A stretch of DNA of 63,751 bases, the filler included, from Octopus bimaculoides (taxonomy: Eukaryota): assembly GCF_001194135.2 (NCBI RefSeq). It is 7 parts of 6 records of this genome, joined end to end, with 100 filler letters (N's around TTAATTAATTAA, not from the genome) between each part and the next. Parts side by side here need not be neighbours in the genome. Positions count along the whole stretch, not along the records: positions 50,697 to 55,742 come from NC_069008.1; positions 55,843 to 58,173 come from NW_026354508.1; positions 58,274 to 60,689 come from NC_069003.1; positions 60,790 to 63,751 come from NC_068991.1; 3 more parts are not named here. One strand, given 5' to 3'. The notes beneath the pieces are model-generated. The model saw only the letters and a list, made by a program, of their open reading frames with translations, ran no database searches and was not told the DNA's origin. Position 1 is the first letter of the stretch; each line of letters begins with the position of its first letter. Shown here piece after piece: positions 51,806 to 63,751 of the stretch. Made by a program: the position numbers and the translations under genes.

Positions 51806-52219
51806 TATATATATATATATATATATATACATGAGTGTGTGTGTGTGTGTGTGTATATGCCACATCTGTGCGTGTATTTATATTGATGTGTGTGTAAATA
51901 TGATACTGTCTATTTGAAGCCATCATCATTACTACCACCACCACCACCACCACTAACATCACCATCTCCACCACCACTAACATCACCATCTCCACCGCCA
52001 CCGCCATACACCCTCCACTGAGGATCTGGCAAACATTTTCTTCCTGTAATCCTGGATTAAAAATGATCCGGTAGAGACAACAGCTGGCTGTCTCCTGATA
52101 GTGGGAAGTTCCAGAGGTAGGATGAACTCTTAAGGGTCCTCGACTGATAGGACAAGAGGTGAGGGGGGGGGACATTCTCCTGCAGCAGCTTGGTTTCCTG
52201 TGCGTGTGCGGATGTGTGC

Positions 52220-52254
<35 letters not shown>

Positions 52255-52256
<2 letters not shown>

Positions 52257-52362
52257 TATATATATATAGATAGATAGACAGACAGACAGACAGATATATA
52301 AATACATAGGCAGACAGATAGGTAGATAGACAGCCAGACAAGACAGATAGATAGATAGATAA

Positions 52363-52425
<63 letters not shown>

Positions 52426-52455
52426 GGCAGATAGATGAATAGATAGATAGATAGA
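52255..52455. repeat. (GACA)n/(GATA)n tetranucleotide repeat
   Basis: Directly visible. A similar (GATA)n run lies at about 26800-26878. Confidence 0.95.
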
Positions 52456-52464
52456 TGGGGCAAG

Positions 52465-52610
52465 TGGAATCGAAATCGAAATCGTGTTGGCACCTGTACC
52501 AGTGGAGCGCTAAGAGCACCATCCGAGCGTGTTCATTGCCAGAGCAGTTGTCTGGCTTCCGTGCCCGTGGCACATAAATGGCACCATCTGAGCGTGATCG
52601 TTACACCGAG
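52465..52610 (+). mobile_element. RTE 3' UTR fragment
   Basis: Matches the reverse complement of 2700-2845 (ggcacc.gt.ccagtggagc.ctaa.agcaccatc.gag.gtg.tcattgccagagcag.tgtctggc). Confidence 0.75.
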
Positions 52611-52704
52611 AAACTGGCCCTTGTGAGTCGTCATCACTCGAGATGGATCTTTACTCTTTTGAAGGAACATGTAAAAGGAACCCAGTACATTTTGTAAAGT
52701 GTGA

Positions 52705-52890
52705 GGGGCATGGCTTAGTGGTTAAAGTGTTGTACTAATGATCATATGATTGTGGTTTCAATTCCTGGAGCGGGCAATGCATTGTGTTCTTGAGCAAAAC
52801 CCTTCATTTCAAATTACACCAGTCTCCTCAGCTGGCAAAACGAGTCATCCTGTGATAGACTGGCATCCCATCCAGGTGGAGAATTTATAC
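52705..52890 (+). mobile_element. SINE family C (tRNA head and Meta-like core)
   Basis: ggggcatggcttagtggttaaagtg...gtttcaattcc...ttgtgttcttgagcaaaaccct..ccagtctcctcagctg. The core is similar to 58880-58960(-). Confidence 0.65.
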
Positions 52891-52892
52891 AC

Positions 52893-53049
52893 AATGAGAA
52901 CCCAGGTTCGAAATTTCCCCAAGACACCTGATGAAGGCTGGAGGGTATATCAGCCGAAACGTTGTGTTAACAACAAACAAGATGAGGACAAATATCCATC
53001 AAATGTAAATAATGTAAATAATTCCTCATCTCTTAAATATAGAACTGTA
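52893..53049 (+). mobile_element. ~160-bp hammerhead-bearing repeat (Penelope solo pLTR or retrozyme-like)
   Basis: Contains the hammerhead fold and ends in a short tgtaaataa repeat followed by tcctcatctcttaaatatagaactgta. It abuts a SINE and has no ORF. Confidence 0.55.
52923..52968 (+). ncRNA. Minimal type I hammerhead ribozyme motif (Penelope pLTR / retrozyme type)
   Basis: GACAC-CTGATGA-A-GGCTG[gagggtatat]CAGCC-GAAAC-GTT-GTGTT. Stem I is GACAC/GTGTT (one G.U), the CUGAUGA and GAAA cores are intact, stem II is 5 bp, and stem III is the loopless palindromic ACGT. Predicted cleavage 3' of 52963. Confidence 0.75.
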
Positions 53050-53094
53050 CCATGAAGGTAACATTACCTTTTTGTACACTCAAAGCCTCACTGG

Positions 53095-53250
53095 CACTAG
53101 CGTAGGGGTAGTCTGCCCCGGGCAGCATTTTTAAAGGGGCACAACTTTTAAGTCTGCTGTAGGCAATATGTGTTTTTTTTTTTTTGTGGGATCGAGGGGC
53201 GGCAAATGGAAGGACTGCCCCATGCGGCCCACACTCTAGCTATGTCAGTG
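53095..53250. mobile_element. hAT-type MITE (156 bp) with a perfect 8-bp TSD
   Basis: CTCACTGG occurs at 53087-53094 and 53251-53258. The termini cactagcgtag / ctagctatgtcagtg are imperfect inverted repeats. Confidence 0.8.
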
Positions 53251-53739
53251 CTCACTGGAGAGATCATTGAGATCAACACCAACACCTGGGGAACACATGC
53301 GCAAGACCACCCTGCCCGGTGAAGGGGCAGAAACGGTGGTGCCACTTCCTACGAATTGAACAGCTTCGCAGGGGCACAAAGAAAACGTATGAGAAAACGT
53401 GAAGTACGTATGAAAGTCCAGAGCCAACTCCTGACCTTCGGCCCCAGCTGACCACCAGTGCATGACCCATGACAGTCTTCCCAGCAACATTGGACTGACT
53501 GACCACAGCTGGACACCCCATGACTCATCTTTCTCTCCTATGTGATGTCCTTGGCTATAGTGGACAACAACGATGGATGAACTATACACACACACGTGTG
53601 CGTATATATGCATGTATGTGTATATAAATATATGTGTGTGTGTATATATATATATATGTATATATATACAGAGGTATACATGTACATCTCTATGTATATG
53701 TATACGTATGTGTGTATGTGTATAACTATGTATGCATGA

Positions 53740-53789
<50 letters not shown>

Positions 53790-55007
53790 NNNNNNNNNNN
53801 NNNNNNNNNNNNNNNNNNNNNNNNNNNNNNNNNNNNNNNNNNNNNNNNNNNNNNNNNNNNNNNNNNNNNNNNNNNNNNNNNNNNNNNNNNNNNNNNNNNN
53901 NNNNNNNNNNNNNNNNNNNNNNNNNNNNNNNNNNNNNNNNNNNNNNNNNNNNNNNNNNNNNNNNNNNNNNNNNNNNNNNNNNNNNNNNNNNNNNNNNNNN
54001 NNNNNNNNNNNNNNNNNNNNNNNNNNNNNNNNNNNNNNNNNNNNNNNNNNNNNNNNNNNNNNNNNNNNNNNNNNNNNNNNNNNNNNNNNNNNNNNNNNNN
54101 NNNNNNNNNNNNNNNNNNNNNNNNNNNNNNNNNNNNNNNNNNNNNNNNNNNNNNNNNNNNNNNNNNNNNNNNNNNNNNNNNNNNNNNNNNNNNNNNNNNN
54201 NNNNNNNNNNNNNNNNNNNNNNNNNNNNNNNNNNNNNNNNNNNNNNNNNNNNNNNNNNNNNNNNNNNNNNNNNNNNNNNNNNNNNNNNNNNNNNNNNNNN
54301 NNNNNNNNNNNNNNNNNNNNNNNNNNNNNNNNNNNNNNNNNNNNNNNNNNNNNNNNNNNNNNNNNNNNNNNNNNNNNNNNNNNNNNNNNNNNNNNNNNNN
54401 NNNNNNNNNNNNNNNNNNNNNNNNNNNNNNNNNNNNNNNNNNNNNNNNTGCACCACGACCTCCACCACTGCAGTAACTCAATCCATTAACAACTTTACCA
54501 CCGTCAGCACTTCCACTGCAGCCACAGCCACTACCACCACTATCGCAGCAACGAAGACAAATAACAATGTCACCGCAGACGGAACTACCACAATGACAAT
54601 GTCCACCGTCATCACCACCACCACCACTACCTCCACCACCACCATCAACCCTACCATAGCCACCACTGTCTTGCACCCCCACCACTAACCCTAATACTAC
54701 AGCAAACTTCAACATTGCTGCTACAATCACCACACCAACGCTAGCGCCAACACCACCTCTGTCTGGTGACCGTGAACGCTATCGCAACAGCTCCAACCGG
54801 CACCACCATCACCATGTCAACCCACCTACATCACCACTGACACTAGCGACCATACGCAGCAATTAGGTAGCTTCTAACGTAGTCACATGACCTTACCCAT
54901 TCTAACAGCCAAGTCCTTCCCTCAACAAACTCCCTATTGTCTTTAAAACCCTTTTCTTACCATATTTCTGTTGAAATCCCCTGCCTTTCGATCAATTTTG
55001 AAAATAA

Positions 55008-55160
55008 GGCGCAGGCATGGCTGTGTGGTAAGAAGCCTGCTTCTCAATCACATGGTTCGTGGTTCAATCCCATTGTGTGGCAAATGTCTTCTACTATAGC
55101 CTTGGACAGATCAAATCCTCATGAGTGGATTTGATGGAAATTGAAAGAAGCCCATCCTAT
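55008..55160 (+). mobile_element. SINE family A, 5' half
   Basis: ggcgcaggcatggctgtgtggtaagaag...ggcaaatgtcttctactatagcc...gaaagaagccc. Confidence 0.85.
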
Positions 55161-55535
55161 ATATGTACATATATATATATATAAACATAATTTATATATA
55201 TATATATGTACATATATATATGTATATAAACATAATTTATATATATATATGTACATATATATATATATATATAAACATAATTTATATATATATATGTACA
55301 TATATATATATATATATAAACATAATTTATATATNNNNNNNNNNNNNNNNNNNNNNNNNNNNNNNNNNNNNNNNNNNNNNNNNNNNNNNNNNNNNNNNNN
55401 NNNNNNNNNNNNNNNNNNNNNNNNNNNNTATATAAACATAATTTATATATATATATGTACATATATATATATATATATAAACATAATTTATATATATATA
55501 TGTACATATATATATATATATATAAACATAATTTA
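55160..55535. repeat. AT-rich minisatellite, ~44-48 bp unit (TA)n-aacataattt-(TA)n-gtac
   Basis: At least five visible units, spanning a gap. Confidence 0.85.
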
Positions 55536-56182
55536 GGGATCAGCAAATATTTGCTTCACCACATACTGAAGTTCAGATGTTTATAAATATATATGAACTT
55601 TTAGATAAGTTCTCCACCGATAATGGTGCTTACATACCGAAGGGCTTGGTAAAAATTATTAATTGTTGATTTATTGATAAATTAATAAATTGATAATCCT
55701 TTACCCTTTTAATTTGTAATAATTATATATATATATATATATNNNNNNNNNNNNNNNNNNNNNNNNNNNNNNNNNNNNNNNNNNNNTTAATTAATTAANN
55801 NNNNNNNNNNNNNNNNNNNNNNNNNNNNNNNNNNNNNNNNNNGAGAAGACGAGAAGGAGAGAGAGCGAGAGAGAATGAAAGAGATAGATAGACAGAGCCA
55901 CGTCATCACCATTGCTACGTGTTCGAAAAGAGATTGACAGTAGGAAGTGAACTTTTACATACTTCACACAATAATATTGTAGTGTTAAACAACACAAATG
56001 CGTGTTTTTTTTCTAGGTTTATATTCGTGAAAATCTTTGGAATATTTGCCTAGTCAGATGTAACCAAGATTTGGCGAATATATCCTGAACTATTTCCATA
56101 AAGAATCTCATAATAATGATAGTTTTTTTTTTTGGGATATCACAATAAAATTGTCATTTAAGTATTAGCAAGATACATAGAC

Positions 56183-56565
56183 GCAGGCATAGCCGTGTGG
56201 TAAATAGTTTGCCTCTCAATCACATGGTATTGCGTTCACTTCAATTAGGCGGCGTCTTGCACAAGTGTCTTCTACTCGAGTGAGTGGATTTGGTGGACAG
56301 AAACAGAAAAAAAGAAAACAGCAAAAAATACAAGCCGTCGTATATATATAAGCATGTGTTTTGTATTTGTATTCGTTTTCCGCCGCTGCTTAACAACATG
56401 TTTTGGTTTGTTTTAGTCTCAACAACAATTCGACAAAAGAAACAAATATAAGTAAAAGGCTTTAAAAATTGAAGTACAAGGACCGATTTGTTCGACTGAG
56501 ACATTAAAGGCGGTGCTCAAGCATGGCCGCAGTCCAATGACTGAAGTAAGGAAAGGATAAAAGAT
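56183..56565 (+). mobile_element. SINE family A, diverged full length
   Basis: Head cgcaggcatagccgtgtggtaaatag and tail ggcggtgctcaagcatggccgcagtccaatgactgaag. Confidence 0.8.
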
Positions 56566-57253
56566 ATATACATATTTCATATTTATCAATTTCACATCGG
56601 TAAATATATTTATTACTGTAATTCAGTGGAGACTGAATTGCATTTCCTTTTCATAGATGTTTTTTTTGTTTGTCGATGTTTCAGGTGGTAATTGTATGGA
56701 AGCTGAGTGTAGCTTCGCTTAGTTGGAGTTGGAGCTTTTCATGTTGAGAAAAAATTCGCGAGTAGACAAGCAATTAGTTAGATAAACATAGACCTCTGCA
56801 TTGTATATGGCAGAAAGCTCAAGGCTAGATTTACTGTTCACAAACAATTGCATCCTTTGATCAATTCTAAGAGGCTTATGTAACACAATCTCCATAGCTT
56901 GTTTAGTGTCTTGACTTCATAATTAATTACATAGAAAAGCGTAAAGAGATCCGTGATGTCGCCTTAGAGACGGGTAAATTTCTATCAAAAATTAAGAATA
57001 AATAAATAAAATAAAAATGAACCGATTTCATTTTCTTCCAAATCTGTAGCTATGACACAAAGAGAATAGGCCGGGCTAAATAAATCGGTCGTATATTATA
57101 CTAACGATTTATTTTACCCGACCTCTTCGCTTCAACCAGCGGATATGATTAATTTGTATCATATCATCGTGCGTATAGAGTCAGAATAACTCATCCCTTT
57201 CTAGTAGAAATCTATCTAAATGAAAGTAGGTAGTACACGCTTCCCATCATACA

Positions 57254-58085
57254 TACAAGGTGCGGTGAATAAATTGTCGTCTAAATTACGCAAAAAGGAA
57301 ACTAACACCGACAACTCATTTTTCACTACATAAAAATATCTTGAAATACTAAAGAGTAAATTTATTCAATAAACTCGCGATTGACTTCAACCATGGCCTC
57401 CACACGACTACGGAATCTCCTGCAACTCTTCTGGACTATCTCCTTGTTTAAATTGGTGAATGCTGCCATAATCCTTGCCTTCAGTTCATCTTTGGTGTTA
57501 GAAGGAGTTTTGTTGGTCTCTCGTTCAACTGCTCCCCACACACAATCAAGGGGTTGCAGTCTTGGGAGAAATGGCCAGATGTTAGGGGCGCTGTGGTCGC
57601 AAAAATTGTCTGACAGCCATGACTGAATTCTCTTGCTCCTGTGGCATGGTGCAGAGTCCAGACATAGTCTTCCAGCAGCCATCTCTTGACCCAGGACAAC
57701 ACTACCTCCTACATGCACTTGATGGAGGCCTCCGTGTTGAGTGCGAGGCAGATTGGGAAGAGGAATGGAGGCATAACGTCGCCATCACTAGTGATCACTC
57801 CAAATACCATAATGTTGACAAGATGTTTGATTTTTATTACTCTTGGTACATGTCCTCAGATTGATACCCAAACATTCTGAAACGTTCGTATTTGAGCTTC
57901 CGGCGCGAATGCCATGCAGTGCAGAATGTAGTTTCCAAATTTCTTGCACAGAGAATTGCGCCATTGTCGTGTCTTTCTCACATACAGTGCCCAACTGACC
58001 CTACTATATTGTGTAGTCGACAAAATCCAAAACAATGCGGATGCACGAAATGAAAAATGGCGACAAATTACGCTTCGTACACTAA
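57254..58085 (-). mobile_element. Second internally deleted maT (DD37D-like) element
   Basis: LDSAPCHRSKRIQSWLSDNF...QPLDCVWGAVERETNK...CRRFRSRVEAMVE. Colinear with 13724-14588. Confidence 0.85.
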
Positions 58086-58134
58086 ATAGATATGTATATG
58101 GGAGAATTTATATATGTATATGTGAGAGAGAGAA

Positions 58135-58169
<35 letters not shown>

Positions 58170-58544
58170 AAGANNNNNNNNNNNNNNNNNNNNNNNNNNN
58201 NNNNNNNNNNNNNNNNNTTAATTAATTAANNNNNNNNNNNNNNNNNNNNNNNNNNNNNNNNNNNNNNNNNNNNCCCCTCCCTCCCTCTCTCTGTCTCCCT
58301 CCCCCTCTGTTGACTATTACTTCCGATTGGTGTCTTCCAGGTGTGGTTTCTGCACATCTTGTGATCCTTCTGTTTTGCTCCTTTGTCATTTGTTGGGGGT
58401 TCTGCTGCAGAAAGGTTAGGGACCCAGGCGAGGCAAGCATCATTCACCAAGGTCGTTGTTGCTGTTGTTGTTGTTGTTGTTGTTAAACTTGCTGCTGCCG
58501 TTGTTATTGTAGTTACCCTTGTTATTTTATTAGTAGTTCCAGTC

Positions 58545-58970
58545 GATCCGATCAATCTCAACGGAACAGCCTGCTTGTGAAATTAACGTGCAAGTGGTTG
58601 AGTACCCCACAGACAACAACACCATTAACGTAGTTGTCAAGGAGATTCGGCGTGAGACAGAATGTGACAAGGCTGGCCCTTTCAAATTACAGGTAGTGCT
58701 CAGTTTGACCAGCTGAGTGGACTGGAGTAACGTGAAATATAAAGTATCTTGCTCTGGGACACAGCGTGCCACCGGATATCGAACTCACAATCTTACGATT
58801 GTGAGCCGAATGCCATAACCACGAAGCCACGAGCCTTCCCAAATCTCCAGCCAAACAAACACATCAACGCACCAGTGACGTCACAACTCATTTCTGCAGC
58901 TGAGTGAACTGGAGCAAGGTGAAATAAAGTGTCTTGCTCAAGGACACAACATTTAGCCCGGTCCGGGAAT
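58545..58970 (-). mobile_element. Two adjacent or nested SINE family C copies in antisense
   Basis: Minus strand has ttgtgtccttgagcaagacactttatttcaccttgctccagttcactcagctg and gtgtcccagagcaagatactttatatttcacgttactccagtccactcagctg. Confidence 0.75.
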
Positions 58971-59034
58971 CGAAATTGCTGGCCTTGTGCCAAAATTTGA
59001 AACCAATATTAGAGAAATAAGAGGAGGAGTGGAG

Positions 59035-59150
59035 AAAGAAGAAGAAGAAGAAGAAGAAGAAGAAGAAGAAAAAGAAGAAGAAGAAGAAGAAGAAGAAGAA
59101 GAAGAAGAGGAGGAGGAGGAGGAGGAAAATACGAGGAAGGAAGAAGAGCT
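59035..59150. repeat. (GAA)n/(GAG)n microsatellite
   Basis: A purine triplet run that produces the poly-E/poly-S ORFs in the track. Confidence 0.95.
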
Positions 59151-59569
59151 TAAAATAGTTTCAGGAGATGCCATTCACAATATCCGTAGACGTTGACTTC
59201 AGGCGGAAACAGAAAACAATTTAAACCAAGGAAAATGGATTTCGGCATCAGACATGAAAGAGAAAAAAAATACCAGATCCAGGAACACAAAATGCGCGCG
59301 CGCGTGTGTGTGTGTGCATCTCAGAATATTAAAAGAGACAACAAAATATCTTTTAAAAGAACAGGTTATTCTCATTCAAGGTATGTAGTAGCGATGTTTC
59401 ATTTTAGTCTAAGAATAATCTCATTAGTTTCTAAAATGATTCCCGTAGACTAAAAGGTGTAACGTAAAAGAGAAATATGTGGATTCTGCTATTTGTCCGA
59501 ATATTACAAGAATATTATCTGCAATCAGACGGTATCATAATGCCGGAGCCAATAGTCTTGTAATCTATA

Positions 59570-59925
59570 TGTATCAAAAAGTATCGGGATTTGTGTTGTA
59601 AAAAGAAAACTACAACGCATATTAATTGGGCGTTTCATTCTATTCGAAGTCGTCCCCTTCTGGAGCAACACACTTTATCTAGCGTCGTTTCCATGGATGG
59701 AAGCATTCCCAGAACTCATGTTTTGAGATAGCGAACAGCTGCCCCATCGCATCTCTTTCAAGTGGGATTTGATGTTTTGGGAAGAAGAAAAGTCGTAAGG
59801 AGTGAGACCTTGGAATATGGAGGTTGTCGGGCCTGGAGAATGTTTTCGCTTGGCCAAAATCTGCTGCACAGACCGCGCTGAATGGACAGATGCGTTGTCA
59901 CCAGAAGCATGCAATTTTGTTTCGG
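59570..59925 (-). mobile_element. Mariner transposase C-terminal relic
   Basis: LHASGDNASVHSARSVQQILAK...LTPYDF...IKSHLKE resembles HDNA.AH..L.P.DF.LF.KLK. Confidence 0.7.
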
Positions 59926-59948
59926 GGACAAACACAGANNNNNNNNNN

Positions 59949-59990
<42 letters not shown>

Positions 59991-60125
59991 ACACACACGA
60001 CGGGCTTCTTTCAGTTTTCGTCTACCAAATCCACTCACAAGGCTTTGGTCGACCCAAGACTATAGTAGAAGACACTTCCAAGATGCCATGTAGTGGGACT
60101 GAAACCGGAACCATGTGGTTGCGAA
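59926..60125 (-). mobile_element. SINE family A, 5' half in antisense
   Basis: cgacgggcttctttcagttttcgtctaccaaatccactcacaaggctttggtcg...gtgggactgaaaccggaaccatgtggtt. Confidence 0.85.
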
Positions 60126-60521
60126 TCAAATATATATATATATATATATATATACATGTGTACACACACGCACACACACACACATTTACATGTACATACA
60201 TATATAGATAGATAGATGTATACACATATATATATGGACATATATATATACATATACATACATATACATAGATATATATACATATATATATAGATATTTA
60301 CTTTTATATATACATGTATACATAGTTATACATATACGTATATACATATATACGCATACACACACACACACACACACGCATACTAACACACATATATATA
60401 TATACACACACATACACAAACACCATCGGAAAAAGAGCATTGAACATGTCTCGCAATGTTTAAATATTTACATTAACAACTCAAATCAGAATTGTATTTC
60501 TTTATGACTCAGAGACACCAA

Positions 60522-60592
<71 letters not shown>

Positions 60593-62194
60593 TAATGATA
60601 CTAATAATAATAAACAAAGACATTTAGTTGACTGGATGCTTAGTTCAGGGGGGAAGCGTTCGAACAATCATATTATATTGTTATCTTCTNNNNNNNNNNN
60701 NNNNNNNNNNNNNNNNNNNNNNNNNNNNNNNNNTTAATTAATTAANNNNNNNNNNNNNNNNNNNNNNNNNNNNNNNNNNNNNNNNNNNNTATACATATAT
60801 AGCTATAGATATATATATACATGCACACGCACACACATATAAATTCCCACCAATATATATACACAAACGCGCACACGTCTTCCTTGGTTTCGTTAGTTCT
60901 AACCGCAATGGAAGTTTTATTTATACATATGCATACATCTCTCTGTGTTTATAAACGCGTGCTTCTACGTGTGTGTACCTTCGAAAGCGAGTTTGTTTGT
61001 GTGTGTGCCTGATTGCGCACGTTTGTGTGTAAGTCTGTTTGTCTATATACGCTTTCATGAGTGAGAGAGTGAGTGTGTATATGCGTGTGTGTATGTATGC
61101 GTGTGTGTGTACACATTCATAAAATAACCAAAAACAAAGTTGCCGTACTTGAATCTACGCGTATTCATTTGATTTTAGTATCTCATATCAGCGCATTTGA
61201 AGTATGACAACTTCATTTCCATATTTTTCATTGTTTTAGCTATTAAATCTATTCTGCTTCATTATAAATATATACACGGTAACATAAAAGAATAATTTTT
61301 CATGACATAACGTTTAGTGTTGACATTAGAAAAATTAATGACTCAAAGCATTTACTGAAATAGCTGGCTTTATTGACTCAAACATTTTGTTAATAGTACC
61401 GAAAATATATCATTACGATCGCAAAACTTTTCAGTTAACGAACAGTCATCAATCAATCGTTCGCTCTGCCTTCCATGACATTTATAAACCATTTGAATTT
61501 TAAGTCTGACACTTATCATTTATCCGAGTAACAAATTTTAGTTCTGTTACGTTGTGTGAATTATTTCAACATTAACATTTAATTCTATAATAATATCAGA
61601 AAATTATTCCCATAGATGAAGCTAACCAAGTAAATTCAACGCCTCTGTATGCTTATTTGTTTTGTAAACTTTTGGATGTTTTTTACAGTGATGGTATTGA
61701 TTGAACCATCACGAACCAGATTTATTGGGATGTTTCATACACCAACCAACTGTTTCTCAGGACCAACGGAATAAATCCGAAGGTGCATGAGAATTCGATA
61801 AGGTTCGAAAATTGATTAACGATGATCAACATTTTGTTTTCATTCTACAGAAGTATTAGTTAAATTTGCTCTGCTTAAATCTCTTTTCTGTGGAGTACAT
61901 ATATTATATCATCCTTGAATACTGTGAGAAGTGAGATTTCCGTCGAGAGGACCTTAATATGAAATAAATGGGTAATAATTACGATATGCAAATCAGTCGC
62001 TCCGGTTCTTTGTAAGCAACAGATTTGTTTAGTATATAAACGGATTGCCTTCTTGCTTCTCTTCGTCTGGTCAAATTGTCACCCTCACTTCGGATGAATT
62101 TGTTGGTTAGAATATTCTCCAATTGCCCCATCTTTTGCTAGTGTTTCTCTTGGTTACAGCCAATCGCCTACAATTCAGCAAATATTTCAGAAAG

Positions 62195-62376
62195 GAAATA
62201 GAGAACATGTCCATCTTCCATTCAGATTTGGTGTGTCTAGAAATATATTACAACATGTATTCTCTAAGACAATATGACGTGTTTTGAAATAGAGACCATG
62301 TCCATCTTCCATTCAGATTTGGTGTGTCTAGAAATATATTACAATATGTATTCTCTAAGACAATATGACGTGTTTT
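62195..62376. repeat. Two-copy tandem duplication, 91-bp unit
   Basis: gaaatagaga(a/c)catgtccatcttccattcagatttggtgtgtctagaaatatattacaa(c/t)atgtattctctaagacaatatgacgtgtttt twice, with 2 differences. Confidence 0.9.
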
Positions 62377-62813
62377 TTACATTTAGCTGCTATTTCCGCT
62401 AAGGAACTTGTTATTGTCACCGCATGATTATAGGAATTTTGGTTCATTTTGAAAATTGATAAATAGACATCTTTGTAATGTTATTGGAGTTCTTTGTATT
62501 CGTTCAGTAAAGTGTGATGCGTGTCGGGACTTCGATAATTAGATGATTGAACGACACTAGGGTAATATTTTGTTATAAAGTTTGTGGAGAATATGAGGTT
62601 TTGGGAGGCAATATTATAGTTAGCTTAGTTAATGACGTAGATATGTTGGAGGAAGCCGTTTTAGATGCAACAGGAGTTTAGTTATACTGCTATTTATAGA
62701 TCGGCTGGTTTGCGCTATAATGTTCACTATATAAATGCATCTAAGTAAACATAATTTAATGAAACATCGCATACCATTTACCCTCTCTCAGCCCTCTATC
62801 ACTGTTTCTCTCA

Positions 62814-62857
<44 letters not shown>

Positions 62858-63681
62858 NNNNNNNNNNNNNNNNNNNNNNNNNNNNNNNNNNNNNNNNNNN
62901 NNNNNNNNNNNNNNNNNNNNNNNNNNNNNNNNNNNNNNNNNNNNNNNNNNNNNNNNNNNNNNNNNNNNNNNNNNNNNNNNNNNNNNNNNNNNNNNNNNNN
63001 NNNNNNNNNNNNNNNNNNNNNNNNNNNNNNNNNNNNNNNNNNNNNNNNNNNNNNNNNNNNNNNNNNNNNNNNNNNNNNNNNNNNNNNNNNNNNNNNNNNN
63101 NNNNNNNNNNNNNNNNNNNNNNNNNNNNNNNNNNNNNNNNNNNNNNNNNNNNNNNNNNNNNNNNNNNNNNNNNNNNNNNNNNNNNNNNNNNNNNNNNNNN
63201 NNNNNNNNNNNNNNNNNNNNNNNNNNNNNNNNNNNNNNNNNNNNNNNNNNNNNNNNNNNNNNNNNNNNNNNNNNNNNNNATATATATATATATATATAAA
63301 CAAGTGTCTGAGTGTGGGTTTGTAACTGCGTCTGTGTGTGTATACGTGTGTAGTCACACACATATATGTAGCACATAGATACATCTGCAGATAACTTTCT
63401 TTCTTTTATTAGCCACACAGATAACAATATTTCATAGACACGAATGTGCGTGCACCTTTATATTCATACGTGCACAAGCGCACATACACACACATACACG
63501 CACAAGCACACACACATATATACACATCTGCGTACACACACGAATACATACAGAGATAAATGTATACGTGTATTTGCATATATATATATTTACACTTTTA
63601 TATTTATATACATACGCACACATACACATTATACATGTATACATACACAAATACACTTACACATATATAAGTATATACATG

Positions 63682-63751
<70 letters not shown>

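Noticed and set aside
56660-56760. Strong-looking acceptor ttttttttgtttgtcgatgtttcag|GTGGT
   Set aside because: All three frames stop within about 20 codons and there is no supporting upstream exon.

Overview
This is eukaryotic, AT-rich, microsatellite- and transposon-dense genomic DNA with many N gaps. The SINE families and overall repeat landscape point to an octopod cephalopod (Octopus-like draft assembly); this is recognition from memory, not a database hit. The only host gene I can support is the 3' end of an SLC22/MFS organic-ion transporter on the + strand: three GT-AG exons (20469-20589, 21210-21282, 24417-24599) that splice in frame to a stop. I found no upstream exons in the preceding 20 kb. 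The rest is decayed mobile DNA: RTE, R4/Dong-like, CR1/L2-like and Penelope retroelements; mariner, maT, Tc1, hAT-Charlie, MULE and Chapaev-like DNA transposons; fold-back MITEs; and three tRNA-derived SINE families (called A, B, C here). I cannot support a new multi-gene system. The best leads are RNA-level: (1) a complete minimal type I hammerhead ribozyme fold at 52923-52968; (2) two hammerhead-like folds with altered cores in a Penelope terminal repeat; (3) a SINE/LINE shared 3' stem-loop with a compensatory base pair; (4) an SLC22 splice acceptor that directly abuts the tail of a five-SINE array; (5) long hairpins and inverted SINEs in the presumed intron. Repeat boundaries are approximate (tens of bp) unless termini are quoted.
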